Below, in pieces: positions 50,079 to 63,238 of a stretch of 64,000 bases of DNA (positions are counted from its first letter, which is position 1; each line of letters starts with the position of its first letter). The stretch lies in NCBI RefSeq assembly GCF_004010195.1, contig NC_057718.1:21061612-21125611 (forward strand), read 5' to 3'. The notes beneath the pieces were generated by a model, which saw nothing but the letters and a program-made list of their open reading frames with translations, did not search any database and was not told the origin of the DNA. Source of the stretch: Chiloscyllium plagiosum. Taxonomy: Eukaryota. A program made the translations under genes and the position numbers.

Positions 50079-51611
50079 CTGCAGGAAATTGAGATTAGTG
50101 CAGTTTTATCAATAGTTACACCAGTGCAGCCTCAGTGAGCTGAAGGGCCTTTTCTGTGCTGCATGAATCTATGATGTTAAATGATAATATCAATGATGGG
50201 ACATATATATGTATTGTAAACACTTTTTGAAAAGAACATTGGGCAAAGTAAAAGACGGTCGCTAATATTTGCATGTGTAGGGAAAAAGCTGTTTGGATGA
50301 AGACAGTGAATTTGGAACACTTGTAGAAAGTGATCTCCTGACTCCATTTATGGGTGCAAAAAAATCAAATTGATTTAGCACACTGAGAAAACTTGCCACA
50401 AAGCAAACAGCCTTTTCCCTCTCTCCCTTCTCTGAAATTCCTAACATGAAAGTTGAGAGATATGAAAATCCACTGGAAGGCCTTATCACTACAAACAAAG
50501 ACTTCTTCAAGGGAAATTTTGAATTTATATTACTTTGACCAGAAACAGTAAATTCACCCAGCCAAAAATGATTCAGGAAGATGCATCTTCAGTTACAGTA
50601 CTGGGACACTGTGAATAAGTTTATTTTCCTCAAATGTAATGGTTACTTGTTTTTCCCAACTCCTAATGCCTATGATGGAGGAATATTTTCTGACGAGTTT
50701 CACCTGGGCCATATATGAGGGAAAGCTATAATTCAGGTAAAAATCATTAGTACCTTAGACTACGAGGAAGTAGGTAACCCATACCGGCTTTCCTTCTTTG
50801 GGTGAGGTAGATCCATCAGGTTGAAGTCAAATGAAATTAGTTGAGGGATACTCCTGATCCTAATGATTCTAATGTAATGATGATTATAAAAACATCACAT
50901 ACACGTGCATTATTTTATAAGGAGGGTGGTTGGAACTATTTGCATATTTTAAAACTTTTAATCATCTTTGCATATTTCCTTGAGCAAGTTTTTTTTTGCT
51001 ATTGGTTAATAAATATAGAGCTTATAGTAGGAACTTGCTGTCTTGTTTCCAATAAAAAGCCATGTAAAATCTCATACATAATTGCCAGTAACACCTTCCT
51101 TTTCAATTCAAACTTTAATGTGGCCAATGGAGGAGTGGGACAAAGAAAGAAATCAGTTTACATGCTCCGATCTAAGTCATGACATCAGATTAAGTTTGAA
51201 GTGATAAACTTCTGTTATTGGCCATATAACAGTGTATTTCAGTGGAACAGCTGAATGCCTTTTATTTGTTGTTTATGACTTGATACTGGTACCCCTGTGA
51301 TTCATGATTCCTCTAAGAGACCTTAAATATTTACTTACGAAAAAGGTCAGGCTCTACAAAAATATTATGGGGATGGGATTTTTAAATGCCAGAAAGGGTG
51401 AAGTGCTATGTGTGGTCCAGCTGCCTGCACCCCTACCTCATGGCAGTGAAAATGTCCCGAAATATAAATGAGCTGAGAATCCTGGGATTGGGTGCTGCCC
51501 ATCATTGTTAAAAATCTTTGTACCAATGCAACTGAACAAAATCTGTGTCACATTAAGAACTTTCAGGCCCTTGCTGATATTGCTGAGGAGTCAAGGGGTC
51601 TCCTGGCACCT

Positions 51612-51933
51612 AGATTAGATTAGATTACTTACAGTGTGGAAACAGGCCCTTCGGCCCAACAAGTCCACATCGACCCGCCGAAGCGTAACCCACCCAGACC
51701 CATTCTCCTACATTTACCCCTTCACCTAACACTACGGGCAATTTAGCATGGCCAATTCACCTAACCTGGACATTTTTTGGATTGTGGGAGGAAACCGGAG
51801 CACCCGGAGGAAACCCACGCAGACACGGGGAGAATGTGCAAACTCCACACAGAGAGTCGCCTGAGGCAGGAATTGAACCTGGGTCTCTGGTGCTGTGAAG
51901 CAGCAGTGCTAACCACTGTGCTACCGTGCCGCC
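51612..51933 (-). mobile_element. V-domain SINE (HE1-like), full length
   Basis: (tagat)n tail, V-domain, tRNA-like head. Confidence 0.9.
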
Positions 51934-52997
51934 TAATGATGTTCTTCAACTTTCCCCATTAAGGGAGGAGGATGGTCAGTCACTTATGGCAGTAATCTAG
52001 AAATGCAGCAGTGATTGGAGTTGTGAGAACTGTTACAATCCCATTTCTACCAATACAACTGGTAAACTATTTTTACAATCACAATACTCTATCAATAAAC
52101 AAAATAATTAAGGCAAACATAATTGGTCTTTAAATTATTGCAGGACTGCAAACTATTAATAATCTATTGATAGCATTGTATGTGTGAAGTCAAGATCAGA
52201 TGTGGTCTTTGGACTGTGGAGTTAAACTGGAGGAGATAATTAGATTAGGGTGTGTACATATCATTCAATTCATCTTTTGAAATAAGTTATTCATTCGATC
52301 AATGAACCTCAATTCTGTGTACTATTTTATTTGATTTTTATGCCCCTATACACATTAACAGTAAAAAGAGCTTTTGGAAACTTTCTATTATGTAATATAT
52401 ACTTAAACTAGGAGTGGTCTTGCAATACCTCCACTGGCAAGAGAATGCAACTACACAGTGTTACACACTTGATAGACAGTCTTTATTATAAGGTGATATA
52501 AACTGCATGGAGATGTAAATTTTTTAAAACATAGCTCTGATTGTTCAAAATTCCAAAATTAATTGGGTTGCAAGATGTTTGCCATTTTGAAATGAATCAG
52601 TAATGCAAAAAGATGCATGTTAAGTTGTATAATTTGACTCAATAAGAAAAACTCAGTATACATTGCATAATTTTTAAAAAGTATAAAGAAGCGAAACTCC
52701 TTAATTTTAGAGAAATAGGAGGTTCCCAATTGGCACCTGCTCAGCCTACACTGGACTTATGCCAAAATGTACAATTTGACATTTGTTTGCACTTTAAAAG
52801 ACGTTTGAGCTAATTTTATATGGATACAGACCTCAGTTGTACCGGAGTGTGAGCCAAAGCAAATGGAGACACTGCTGACTGTGTAAATACCAGTACAAAA
52901 ACGTAATTATGCTAGCAGCCAAGGAAGAATGCAAGAATAGTTTTAAACCAAGAACATTGCTGGTGCCTGTACATTCTTCATTTTCTGGAGTGGTTAC

Positions 52998-53012
52998 CCA
53001 CTAGAGGGCAGC
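52998..53012 (+). promoter_or_regulatory. Candidate CTCF-binding motif
   Basis: ccactagagggcagc closely matches the CTCF core consensus; lies in apparently non-repeat sequence. Confidence 0.45.
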
Positions 53013-53764
53013 AAGTACTAAGTGGTGCATAAGGACACACCAAGTTCTGAAAGTATAAAGGAAACCGCACAAACAAAAAATGGAACACAGGTTTTATGAA
53101 ATTGCTCTTGGTGACTTTTGTAGCATTGCAAATCGTGTTCTCAAACTAGGCAAATTTTAACAAGTGCAACAAGAGGACTTTAAGAATTAATTCCTCTCCT
53201 CCAGCACACCATACTTCAACTGCACAACTTCATTCAATGCACATCGACATATAAATGAGTTATCCATCAACACACATGTACAGTATGGGTGATGAACTAA
53301 ACAACCAACCAATCAACTTGCAGGCAATATTATCCATATAAATAACACAGTATTAGATTAGATTAGATTGACAGTGTACCTACATGACACCACACCATGT
53401 GATATTCCAATATTAAGCTACCTGTCTCACCTTGAGTCACCTTCAGTGCAATGGCGTCGTTGTGTGTGTTCAATTAGTCATCTGTGTATGAAATATACAG
53501 TATCAGAAAGTAGAGAATCCAAACTATGTACAAATCCGTGCTATTACAGCAATGTAATTAGCGAATGTTGTGAATAAACTTGCAGACATCGGTCTCATCA
53601 AGAAGCATGTATTTGTGGCATGTGTTACACGAGCAGCACTCACTCTCTCATACTGGCAGTGGCATTTGATCCAAGAAATCATGTCATGGCAGCACACACT
53701 GGAAGAATTTAGATGTGGAACTTGGAGGAATTAATGGGACAAAAAAGATAATTGTGGAAAACCT

Positions 53765-55098
53765 GTTTCACTTATGGCAGATGAATTGATGAGTATGGTG
53801 AATCACTCTGCAGTTGTCCATGTTGACTACCACTTGAAGGAAGCTCTGAGGATGCCAAGAGTGCAGAACATGCTCTGGGTGGGGAACTTCAACGTGTACA
53901 ATCAAGAGTGGTTTGGCTGCACCATGACTAACCAGGTTTGTCGAGTCCTTATTGACATAACTGCTGAGCTGGAACATAGCAGATGATGAAGGAACCAAAA
54001 AGGGGAGGGGGAAAGACATACTTGAGTCATTCTTACCAACCAGCCTGTCAATTATAGTATCAATAAGAGTGGCCGCCACACAGTGACCACAGAAGTTCCT
54101 TCTTCACACTGTGGATATCGTGAAGTGTTGTGTGGCACTAGAACTGTTTGATCAACTCCATTTGATTGGCACCATATCTACAAATATTCATTCCATTACC
54201 TGTGCACAGCAGGAGCAGCATACAGTCTACAAAATGCACCACAGAAATTCACCAAGGCTCCTTAGAAGAGGAGAAAGTGAGGTCTGCAGATGCTGGAGAT
54301 CAGAGATGGAAATGTGTTGCTGGAAAAGCGCAGCAGGTCAGGCAGCATCTAGGGAACAGGAGAATCGACGTTTCGGGCATTAGCCCTTCTTCAGGAATGA
54401 GGAAAGTTGGTCCAGCAGGCTAAGATAAAAGATAGGGAGGAGGGACTTGGGGGAGGGGCGTCGGAAATGTGATAGGTGGAAAGAGGTCAAGGTGAGGGTG
54501 ATAGGTCAGACTGGGGTGGGGGCGGAGAGGTCGGGAAGAAGATTGCAGGTTAGGAAGGCAGTGCTGAATTTGATGGATTTGACTGAGACAGGCTGGGGGG
54601 AGGGGAAATGAGGAAACTGGTGAATTCCGAGTTCATCCCTTGTGGTTGGAGGGTTCCTAGCCGGAAGATGAGGCGTTCTTCCTCCAACCGTCGTTTTGCT
54701 GTGGTCTGACGATGGAGGAGTCCAAAGACCTGCATATCCTTGGTGGAGTGGGAGGGGGAATTGAAATGTTGAGCTACAGGGTGGTTGGGTTGGTTGGTCC
54801 GGGTGTCCCAGAGGTGTTCTCTGAAACTGCTTAGAAGAGACCTTCCAAACCTACAACCACTACAACAGATATCAAAAGCAGCAGATACATGGGAACACCA
54901 TCATCTCCAAGTTCCTCTCCAAGCCATTCACAATCTTTACATGGAAATACATCACTGTTTCTTTACTGTAGCTGTTTCAAACTGCTGGGACTGCCTCTCT
55001 CCCAGCAATGGGGAATTGAAATGCAATGGTTCACAAGTGCGACTCACCACAAATTTCTCCAAGACAACAAGGGATGGGCAAAAATTAATGAAAAAAAA
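53765..55098 (+). mobile_element. Old non-LTR retrotransposon remnant (endonuclease fragment and 3' end), split by a PLE
   Basis: ORF 53774..53986 (MLWVGNFNVYNQEW, GDFN-like); 3' end ctcaccac...agggatgggca...aatgaaaaaaaa. Confidence 0.55.
54271..54829 (-). mobile_element. 5'-truncated Penelope-like element: GIY-YIG C-terminus, 3' UTR and hammerhead motif (54367-54394)
   Basis: Reads FREHLWDTRTNQPNHPVAQHFNSPSHSTKDMQVFGLL...RRLEEERLIFRLGTLQPQGMN, typical of the PLE endonuclease end; 10-bp TSD cttagaagag (54261-54270 and 54830-54839). Confidence 0.9.
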
Positions 55099-56349
55099 GC
55101 ATCACAAGCTTGAAGACTTACAGACCAAAATGACATTGACATTCCTGGACAGTTTAATGTAGTCCTAATTGCAAAATCTACAGTGTCCAATGAGTTTGAA
55201 ACTAAACAAGTGAAAAGTAACATTAAACTGCAACAGGAAACATTGTTCACTGTACTCTCAATGTAGTCCCACTTTCCTTTGTACAGGAAGGCCACCAAGT
55301 TGAAAATGAGAAAACCAGTTCCAAAGAATCAGAGTATTCATCTATTTGCATAACTCACATCACTTGAAGAAGGTACATATCTTGTACAGATAATATTAGT
55401 AAATCTGTGGAGTCAGAACAGAGCAGATGGATAAATAACAGGCAGATTTAGTGACTCAAGAAGTGCATTCTCTTGCTGAACACAGCCAACATGAATTTGG
55501 TCTTCCTACATTGCTTTGAGACCCTATTTTCTACAGCTACAAGAAGTTTAACCTCAGGAGACCAATGGCTAATTAGATGACATTCAGTTTTGTAGACCCA
55601 GCAATTCCAGGTAAGAGTTGTGACGACTGCTTAGGCAGTTTCCAATGGAGATCACCACCAGAGCCAAACATCAAGCTAAGTGTGGGGGAATGTGTCAGGT
55701 ATAAGCTGTGAAGCCCTGATTATGGAGCTATGAGTGGCGAGAAGGAGTGAGTAAAGGGAAAACTTGGGAAGGCTATGGAGAGGGGAATTGTCTCCAATGG
55801 GCACAGAGGCACCATAAAAGGAGGTGCCTCCAATTTCCCAACACCTGCCTTCGAGTGGGAGGACACACCCACCCTTGAGCCTGTGGGTCATATTGATAGC
55901 CACTTAAGAGTCGCATCCCACTGCTATTTTACCTACACTAGTCACGCCTATGCCCACGCTATACAGGCAGGTGTTGAGAAATTGAAAGCACCTCGTTTGT
56001 GGTTCCGCCATGCTTACTGGAGGCAATTCCCCTCCCCACAGCATTCCCAAGGAATGCCACGCAGTGCATTTTGAGATACCCTTTCCTGCCTTCAAACCCC
56101 CAAGCAGGGGGTTGTAAAACCCGCCCCACGTTTTATTTGGCCAGATAATGATTATCTTGAATTACATAAAACACTTCTTTATTTCCACTTCTTTACCTAA
56201 CTAATAAATTCATCAATGGTAGTACAGAACAGTTCATATAGAAAACATTTTGGAGGCCTGTCTGTTTCTTGGGGGAGAAAGGCAGAAAAGCAACAAGAGC
56301 GATAGCCTGGCTCTTGAGCAGCTACTTAACATAAAAACAAAACACTGAA

Positions 56350-58690
56350 ACTAGCAGCAGGAGTAAGCCATTCAGCCCTATGAGATCGGTCTGCCATTCA
56401 ATGCGATCACAGTTGATCCTCTATCTCAATGCCACATTCTTATTTTCTCCTTGTACTCCTTGATGCCTTTGAAATTTTGGAATATGTCTTTTGAATATAG
56501 TCAGTGACTTGGCCTCCACAGCCTTCTATGTAGAGTTCTACAGGTTCACTATCCTTTTGAGTGAAGAACTTCTTTTTCCTCATCTCAGTCCTAAATGACC
56601 TACCCCCTAGTCTGAGATCCCTTGTTCCAGACACCCCAACCAGGGAAAACATCCTCCCTGCACCCAGACTGTTTAGGTCTGTTTGAAACAAATAAAATTC
56701 TATAGATCCCTTCTCATCTTTCTGCACTCTAATGAATACAGGCCCAGTCAAACCAGTCTCTCATCATAGGAGTCCTCTCATAGATGGAGTGCACAGAAAG
56801 TTCACTAGGCTGATAATTTGCAAAGTAAGAATATCCTTTCTTAGGTAGGGAGACTAAAACTGCTTGCAACATTCCAGGTGTGGTCTCACCAAGCCGCTAT
56901 ATAACTGAAGCCATTGACTGTTGTACAAGGACACCTAGATCCTGTTATACATCTGCATTTCCTAATATATCATATTTAAATAATATTCTGCCCCTCTATT
57001 TTTCACACTGAAGTTTATAATTTCAGTTTAGCAACACTACTGCATCTGCCAGGTGTTTGTCCACTCACCCTACTTATCACAATCACCTTGAAGCCTCCTT
57101 GCATCCTCCTAACAACTCTCAGTTCGGTTTTGTATCACAACCAAACTTAGAAATATTGTACTTGGTTCCCCCATCCAGGTTATTTATATTTATTATGAAT
57201 GGCTGTGATGCAGTACTGTTTCTTGAGGTACCCAACTGCTACTCAGAGAAAGATGGATTTATTCCAACTCTCCCTTTCCTGTCTGTGAGCCAATTTTCAA
57301 TCCGTGCCATTACATTACCCCCATTCTGTTTTAATTTTGCTCACTCACCTGCTACACAGAACTTATCAAAGCCCATATGAAAATCCAAACACACCACATC
57401 CACTTGTTCTCCTTTATTCATTCTACTTGCTGCATCCTAAAATAATAGATTTGGTAAGCATTATTTTCTTGTAATAAAGTCATACTTGGCTTTGTCCAAT
57501 CCTATTAATGCTTTTCAAATGTTGTGTTTTCATGTGTTTTATAACTGACTTTGGTATTTTTCTGATGTTACTGATGTTAGGCTAACTCATCTGTAATTGC
57601 TTTTTGTCTTTCTCTCCCTTCTCCAGAGCCTTCAGAACTTTGGACGATGACCACCAATACATCTAATATTTCCAGGGTCATTTCCTGAACTTTGCTGGAT
57701 GTAAATAATCAAGTCCTGGCGATGTCAGCCTTTAACCCCATTAATTTCCTTACTTTCTTACTGATATCAATTTTTTTCAATTCTGCCCTCTCACTCGACC
57801 ACTGGTTCCTTAACATTTCTGCGAAGTTATTTGTGCCCTGGTCAGTGAAGACAGAACCCTTTCTTTATCCCCTGTTATAATTTCCCTGGCTTCTAACTGT
57901 AAGTGACCTACATTTGTCTTTACTAATCTTTTTCTCTTCATATATTTATAGAAGCTTTTATGGTCAGTTTTTCAATGTTAATCTCATTCTCTACTTCTTT
58001 GCCTTGCTCAAAATTTTTGTTCTCTTTTGCTGAATTCTAAAATGTTTCCAATTGTTATACTTGCTGATTTTTCTGTTAATTTAGTATGTCTCTTCTTCGG
58101 ATCTAATACTATCCCTAATTTCTTTTGTAAGTCATGGTTGAAACACCTTTCCTTTTTTACCTCTGTTACAACAATTATTCATTCTTGTCTGGAATTCATA
58201 CACAAGTTCTTTAAATATTAGCCTATCTACCATTAACCTTTTAGTAAAGTTCCTAAATTTATCCTTACCAATTCAAGCCTCATAATTACCTTTATTTAGA
58301 TTCAGATATTTCACTCTTATTGTATGCATCTCTGATTTGTTTAATGCTTTCCGTTACATCTCCACCACTGCTTGGGGGGGGGGGGGGGGCTATCGACAAC
58401 CCATATCAATATTTTCTGCTCTTGCTGTCTCTTAGCACCACACATACAGATTCTACAACATGATTTTCAAAGCCAATATCCTTCCTCACTACTGCATTGT
58501 TTACTCCCCTAACCATGTTACCCAACTTCCTTTCCCCTTTTCTCTGCCCTTCCGATATCATTAACACACCGAGACGTTAATTGATCACCCTGCAGCCACG
58601 TCTCTACAATCACAACTTTATCATCACCATTTCTACCTACTTATGCTAATAATTTATCCACTTTATTGTGAATTAAGTCACAAAGCTTTT
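56350..58690 (-). mobile_element. Very old CR1 LINE
   Basis: Reverse CR1 tail at 56355-56420; ORF 56440..56751 (FRTEMRKKKFFTQ); decayed RT and endonuclease remnants. Confidence 0.7.
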
Positions 58691-59364
58691 AAAACTTATA
58701 GCATATGTTAAAAATAATCACCTTCCTGTAATTTTTCACAACATATTCAATAATGTAAACTAGACAATAAATAGTTAAGATGGATGCTCATTTTTCTTTC
58801 TACCTGGGCAATGTATCAAAATGCGGGCAAAAATGTGGACTGCCTTTATTGTACAAAGTAGTTGGTTAGATACACACGAAGTGGAATTCTGGATCAAAGT
58901 TTCACCATATTTCAGTAAAACTAACTCATTTGGAATCATTATTCCACAATCCATTCAACAATGTAACCTAAATGTAACCTAAAACACAATGTAGATTATA
59001 ATTATAGTTCTGATAGAATACCTAAAGAGACAAATTAAATTTATTTCAATGAATTTAAAAGACTGCTTAGGCCAGGTCAATGAATGCAATAAATAGCTCC
59101 TTTTGCTTATATGGACTCGATGCACTCATTCCATGGATTTGTGAGAAACAAGTCTTCAACATTTCTGCACTGTAAGAATGCAACAATTCTAACCACCTTC
59201 AAGAAGAGAGATAAATCATGTTGTGGAAACAATCAACTTATTTCTCTTTGTCCAAAGCAGAATAACTCCTAAAGGGCATTCTCCTGAATCACCTATTTCC
59301 GGTGGTTATAGGGGAAAATGCAGTAGCAGTGCAGCTTCAAGAATTTTCAGAGGAACCTCCAATA

Positions 59365-59482
59365 TAAGACCATAAGACAAAGGAATAGGAATAGGGTCAT
59401 TAAGCCCATCAAGTCTACTCCACCATTGAATGAGATCAGATAATTCTCAACCTCACTTTCTTGTTATTTCCCATAACCCTTG
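59365..59482 (-). mobile_element. CR1 3' UTR remnant
   Basis: agcccatcaagtctactccaccattgaatgagatc; a similar remnant lies at about 60440-60660. Confidence 0.55.
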
Positions 59483-59742
59483 ATATGACATTTGCTGCTA
59501 GACAAAGCCAAGAAAAATGTTAATAATATTAACAACAAGGACCCTTGGTTACTTTCATCAGCCTGAACAATCATACAAAGCTGACACCAGTATACCATAT
59601 TTCCATTGTTATTACACAGCAGCTCAGGGAGAAAGCAGTTTACATCATTAATACTAGTCCCAGCACAGAAAGACCATTTTATTACACAGCCATGAGTATC
59701 TGCTGCAGCAAGAATCTGCAAAAGATAATGTCACTTTAATAA

Positions 59743-60175
59743 GGTTATTTTGTCCTTGGGTTTTTTTTTTAAGGGAGATCGTAAAGGCTGAGGTACCGAG
59801 GGGTTTAGGAAGAGCCTGGTTTAACAATGGCAGTGAAGTGGCCAGTTCTCCCAGTTCAGGTTTTTTTCTAGTTTGGTTTAGCTGTGGCAGTCACAAGATG
59901 CTCGAGTCCAGGAAGGTTGCAAGCTTTAGTAAATGACTCCTGACTGACTTTCTCTCTGAAATCTCTTTGGATATTGCTCCCTCCTGCTTGTAAGAATCTG
60001 TGTTTCAATTTACCTTTCTGCCAAGGGGTGTCTTTATGGGATGTTACTGGATTGGAACAGTTCCTGAATTAAGTTACTGTATCGGGTCAGTTAACTTTTC
60101 CAATAGTTAAGTTATTCTAAATTCAATTTTCATTTGTTGGTGTTTTAACTGTAGTGTTTAAATAAATTCTGTTTC
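59743..60175 (+). mobile_element. Possible LTR fragment
   Basis: Composition shift with a terminal aataaattctgttt; no diagnostic termini confirmed. Confidence 0.25.
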
Positions 60176-61659
60176 AGAGGTTTCAAGGATCTCAAAAGTT
60201 TGCAGGGCTGGAGAGAAGGAAGGGGAAAGGCTTTGGAAGAATTTGAAAATAAAGATAAGTATGTTAAAACTGAAATGTCAGTCAGGAAGCCATTGATGGT
60301 CAGCAAAAAGACAATGCTTTGTCAATGAGCAAGTTACAATGTATTAACAGGAGGGCTTTAAACACCTGTTAGCGTGAAATGAGAGATAAGGCTAGAGTTC
60401 AATGGAACAGTGGATCATAAATTTGACATAAAAACAAAGAAAACAGTTGGAGTAGGCCATTTGGCCCTTTTGAGTCTGCTCTGCTACAATCATTGCTGAT
60501 CATCAAACACAGTACCCTGTTCCTGCTTTCTCCCCGTATCCTTTAAACTCATTAGCTGCAAGAATCAGATTTAACTTCTTCTTGAAAACATTGACTGTTT
60601 TGGCTTCAACCGCTTTCTGTGGCAGAGAATCCTAATTTATCCAGTTCTCTTCATGTATCAGTCCTGTCAATAGGCATAGGTGGGGGTTTAGGCAGCAGAT
60701 GAACTGAGGCAGGTTGGAAATCAAGTCATATTATAGATGTCAAAAAATAGGCAATCTGTGCATCGTTGCAGAACTGTCAACACAACACTAAGGTTGTGAA
60801 CCGTATTGGTTAACTTAAGGCAGTCACTAGAGATGGAAACAATGAACAGGAAATGGGATTGTACAGGGACCAAGAACAATGACTTTGCCCTTCCCAATAC
60901 CTAATTGCCCTCAGAAATAGTTGTTCATCCCATATTGGATTTTGTTGTGCAGTCCAATCAGTGTATAAACAGGCTCAAGATGGTGATGGTGAAAGTGCTG
61001 CTGTTTTACATGCTGAACCTGATGATATTGTTGAGGGGTACCATGTAGATATGAAATATAAGAGAGCCAAAGGATAGGTAGAACTTTGGGGAACTCCAGT
61101 GCTAGGACAGGAAAATTGGGAAAAGAATCCATTACACATATTCTCTGAGAATGAATTGATGGACAAGAATGGAACCAATTATTGGTTGTTCTACCCAGTT
61201 GGACATCGAACCGGTTGGATGCTGTGGTTAACCTGCTGAAAGTTGCAGTTAAGCTAAGAAAGATGGCTAATTAAGAATCAGGAGTAATGCACCTTGTCAT
61301 CTCTCCTAATTGTCAGCAAGAGGTGTCCTGTTTGAAATTTGGATAACTACTATTGAAGCAGGTACAAACAAGCTCACTATACTGCAGTTACTATGGACAG
61401 AAAGAAAGATACTCATTCATAAGAGCATTGGATAGGAGAAAAGAAAATATAAACAAAATTGATAGCAAGGTTATGTCAATCATCAATCAATAGTTGGAAA
61501 TAATTTCAATACAACTTCAAATCCTAAACAAATGAAATCTATGATGCCTTCTGAAAGAAACCGACCCTTGTAACATTATATTAAAATCCTTATTTTCCAT
61601 TTTTAAAATTCTAGCTTAAAAGCAGAAAAAAAAACAAATAACCCATATGGGTGCTATTA

Positions 61660-62075
61660 CAATCGGGTCCACATATTGGATAATGCACTCAAATATCAAC
61701 ACAATAACAAAGCTTTCAGTCCCCATAGAAAGTAAACTTTGGAAGCACTAAATGATACAATGCAGAAAGGGTGCATTACACCTATTCTTTGAAAGAATGA
61801 AAATTCTAACGAATTACAACAACCCCCACTCTGGCTTTAAGCCATATGCAAACTGCAAAATTTTGGTATGCATGTTCAAGTCCAGGTTATTAATGCATAC
61901 CAAAAACAGCATGGATCCAACCCCTTGGGAGGCAATCAGTGCATACTTTCCACTTCCCCCTTCAAACCAAAGTCTGAAAAACAACCATTCATTATGAATT
62001 TTCTGCTTTCTGTCCCTCAAACAACTTCATATCCATAGAAATGTTCCGTTAGTCCCATGGTATTCAACCTTGCTA
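61660..62075 (-). mobile_element. Old CR1 RT remnant
   Basis: ORF 61814..62020: SQGVGSMLFLVCINNLD...KILQFAYGLK, a decayed PQG...FADD region. Confidence 0.6.
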
Positions 62076-62829
62076 ACTCACTTTTTTGTGTGTTTCTTAT
62101 GTAATACGTTTACCTGTTACAGTAATGTGACATTATTCATTTCTATGCTAGTCAAACTTTTATGCCGACAGAATGAGACAGTCAAATTAGTTCTGGTGAT
62201 ATAGATTTATGCATGCTTTTTGGGATGAGAGCTACACGAAAATTTCTTTTAATGAGAACCCTTACTGTCAGCGAGATGAGAATTTAACCTCTTAAATCTG
62301 AGCTGGATTAGAACCCAAGTTTCAAAGGAGGAAAGATAACCACTATACCACTGGAATCAACCGTAAAGTTGCCTTATCCTCAAGCCAACTAAGTATTGTG
62401 GATGTGTCATGAAATTAATTATTTGAAAATCAGCAAGCAGAAGAACCGTCTTAAAAGTAAATAAATGCAATATGTGAACAAGATTCCCCTACAGTAGTAC
62501 TCTCTAGTTCACATTGACTTTCCGTGAACTGGACAGCAATACATTTAATTGACTTCCAGCTACTGCGATACCTGCAAGTGAACTTTAATTAACTAAATAA
62601 TAATCCTTAAATTAAACAGAGGACAACAAAGTTTCTACACTGTTTCTTGAGTTTATCAAAGTTTATCAAATTATTAAAATAAATAATTAACCAACATTTT
62701 TCTGAATGTTGAAAACCATGTCGTCAAAAATTCACAAATGGCAGTTCATATACATGGGGTCAGAAGGTCATCATAATATATGGTTTGAATAGACAATCGA
62801 TACTGAAATCTAACAGTTCTACAAATAAG

Positions 62830-63238
62830 GTAGATATTTTCTATATCAGCCAGTTCAGGGATATTATTACACACCTCTGGAGTAGGTGGGAGTTGAACCT
62901 GAGTCTCCTGGCTCACAGGGAGGGACACCACCACTGATCTCAAGAACGCCTATTTAAATAAGATGGGAGATATTTTCTAAGCAACCTGCTCAGACATGTC
63001 GTGATATACCTCCAGAGCAGATGGAACTTGAATGTGGGCCTCCTGGCTCAGAGATAGGATATCACTGTGCTACAAGAGCCCTATCAAATAAGATGGAACC
63101 TGTTTTTTTCCCTAATCAACCTGTTTAGAGATATTATTACACATCTCTGGAGCAGGTAGGACTTGGACTCAAGCCTCTAGGTCCGGGGTAGGGACACTAC
63201 CACTGTTCCACAAGAGGGCCCTTACATAAGATGGAACT
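62830..63238 (-). repeat. Tandem trimer of a tRNA-derived short unit (period 130-138 bp)
   Basis: ataagatgg recurs at 62958, 63088 and 63226; each unit on the minus strand has cagtggtagtgtccct...ttcaagt/ctcc A/B-box-like sequence. Confidence 0.75.

Noticed and set aside
53353..53376. Additional SINE copy
   Set aside because: Only a (tagat)3 tail stub is visible, with no SINE body.
58374..58389. G16 run as a functional G-quadruplex
   Set aside because: It sits inside a decayed CR1 and is more simply a homopolymer expansion or sequencing artefact.
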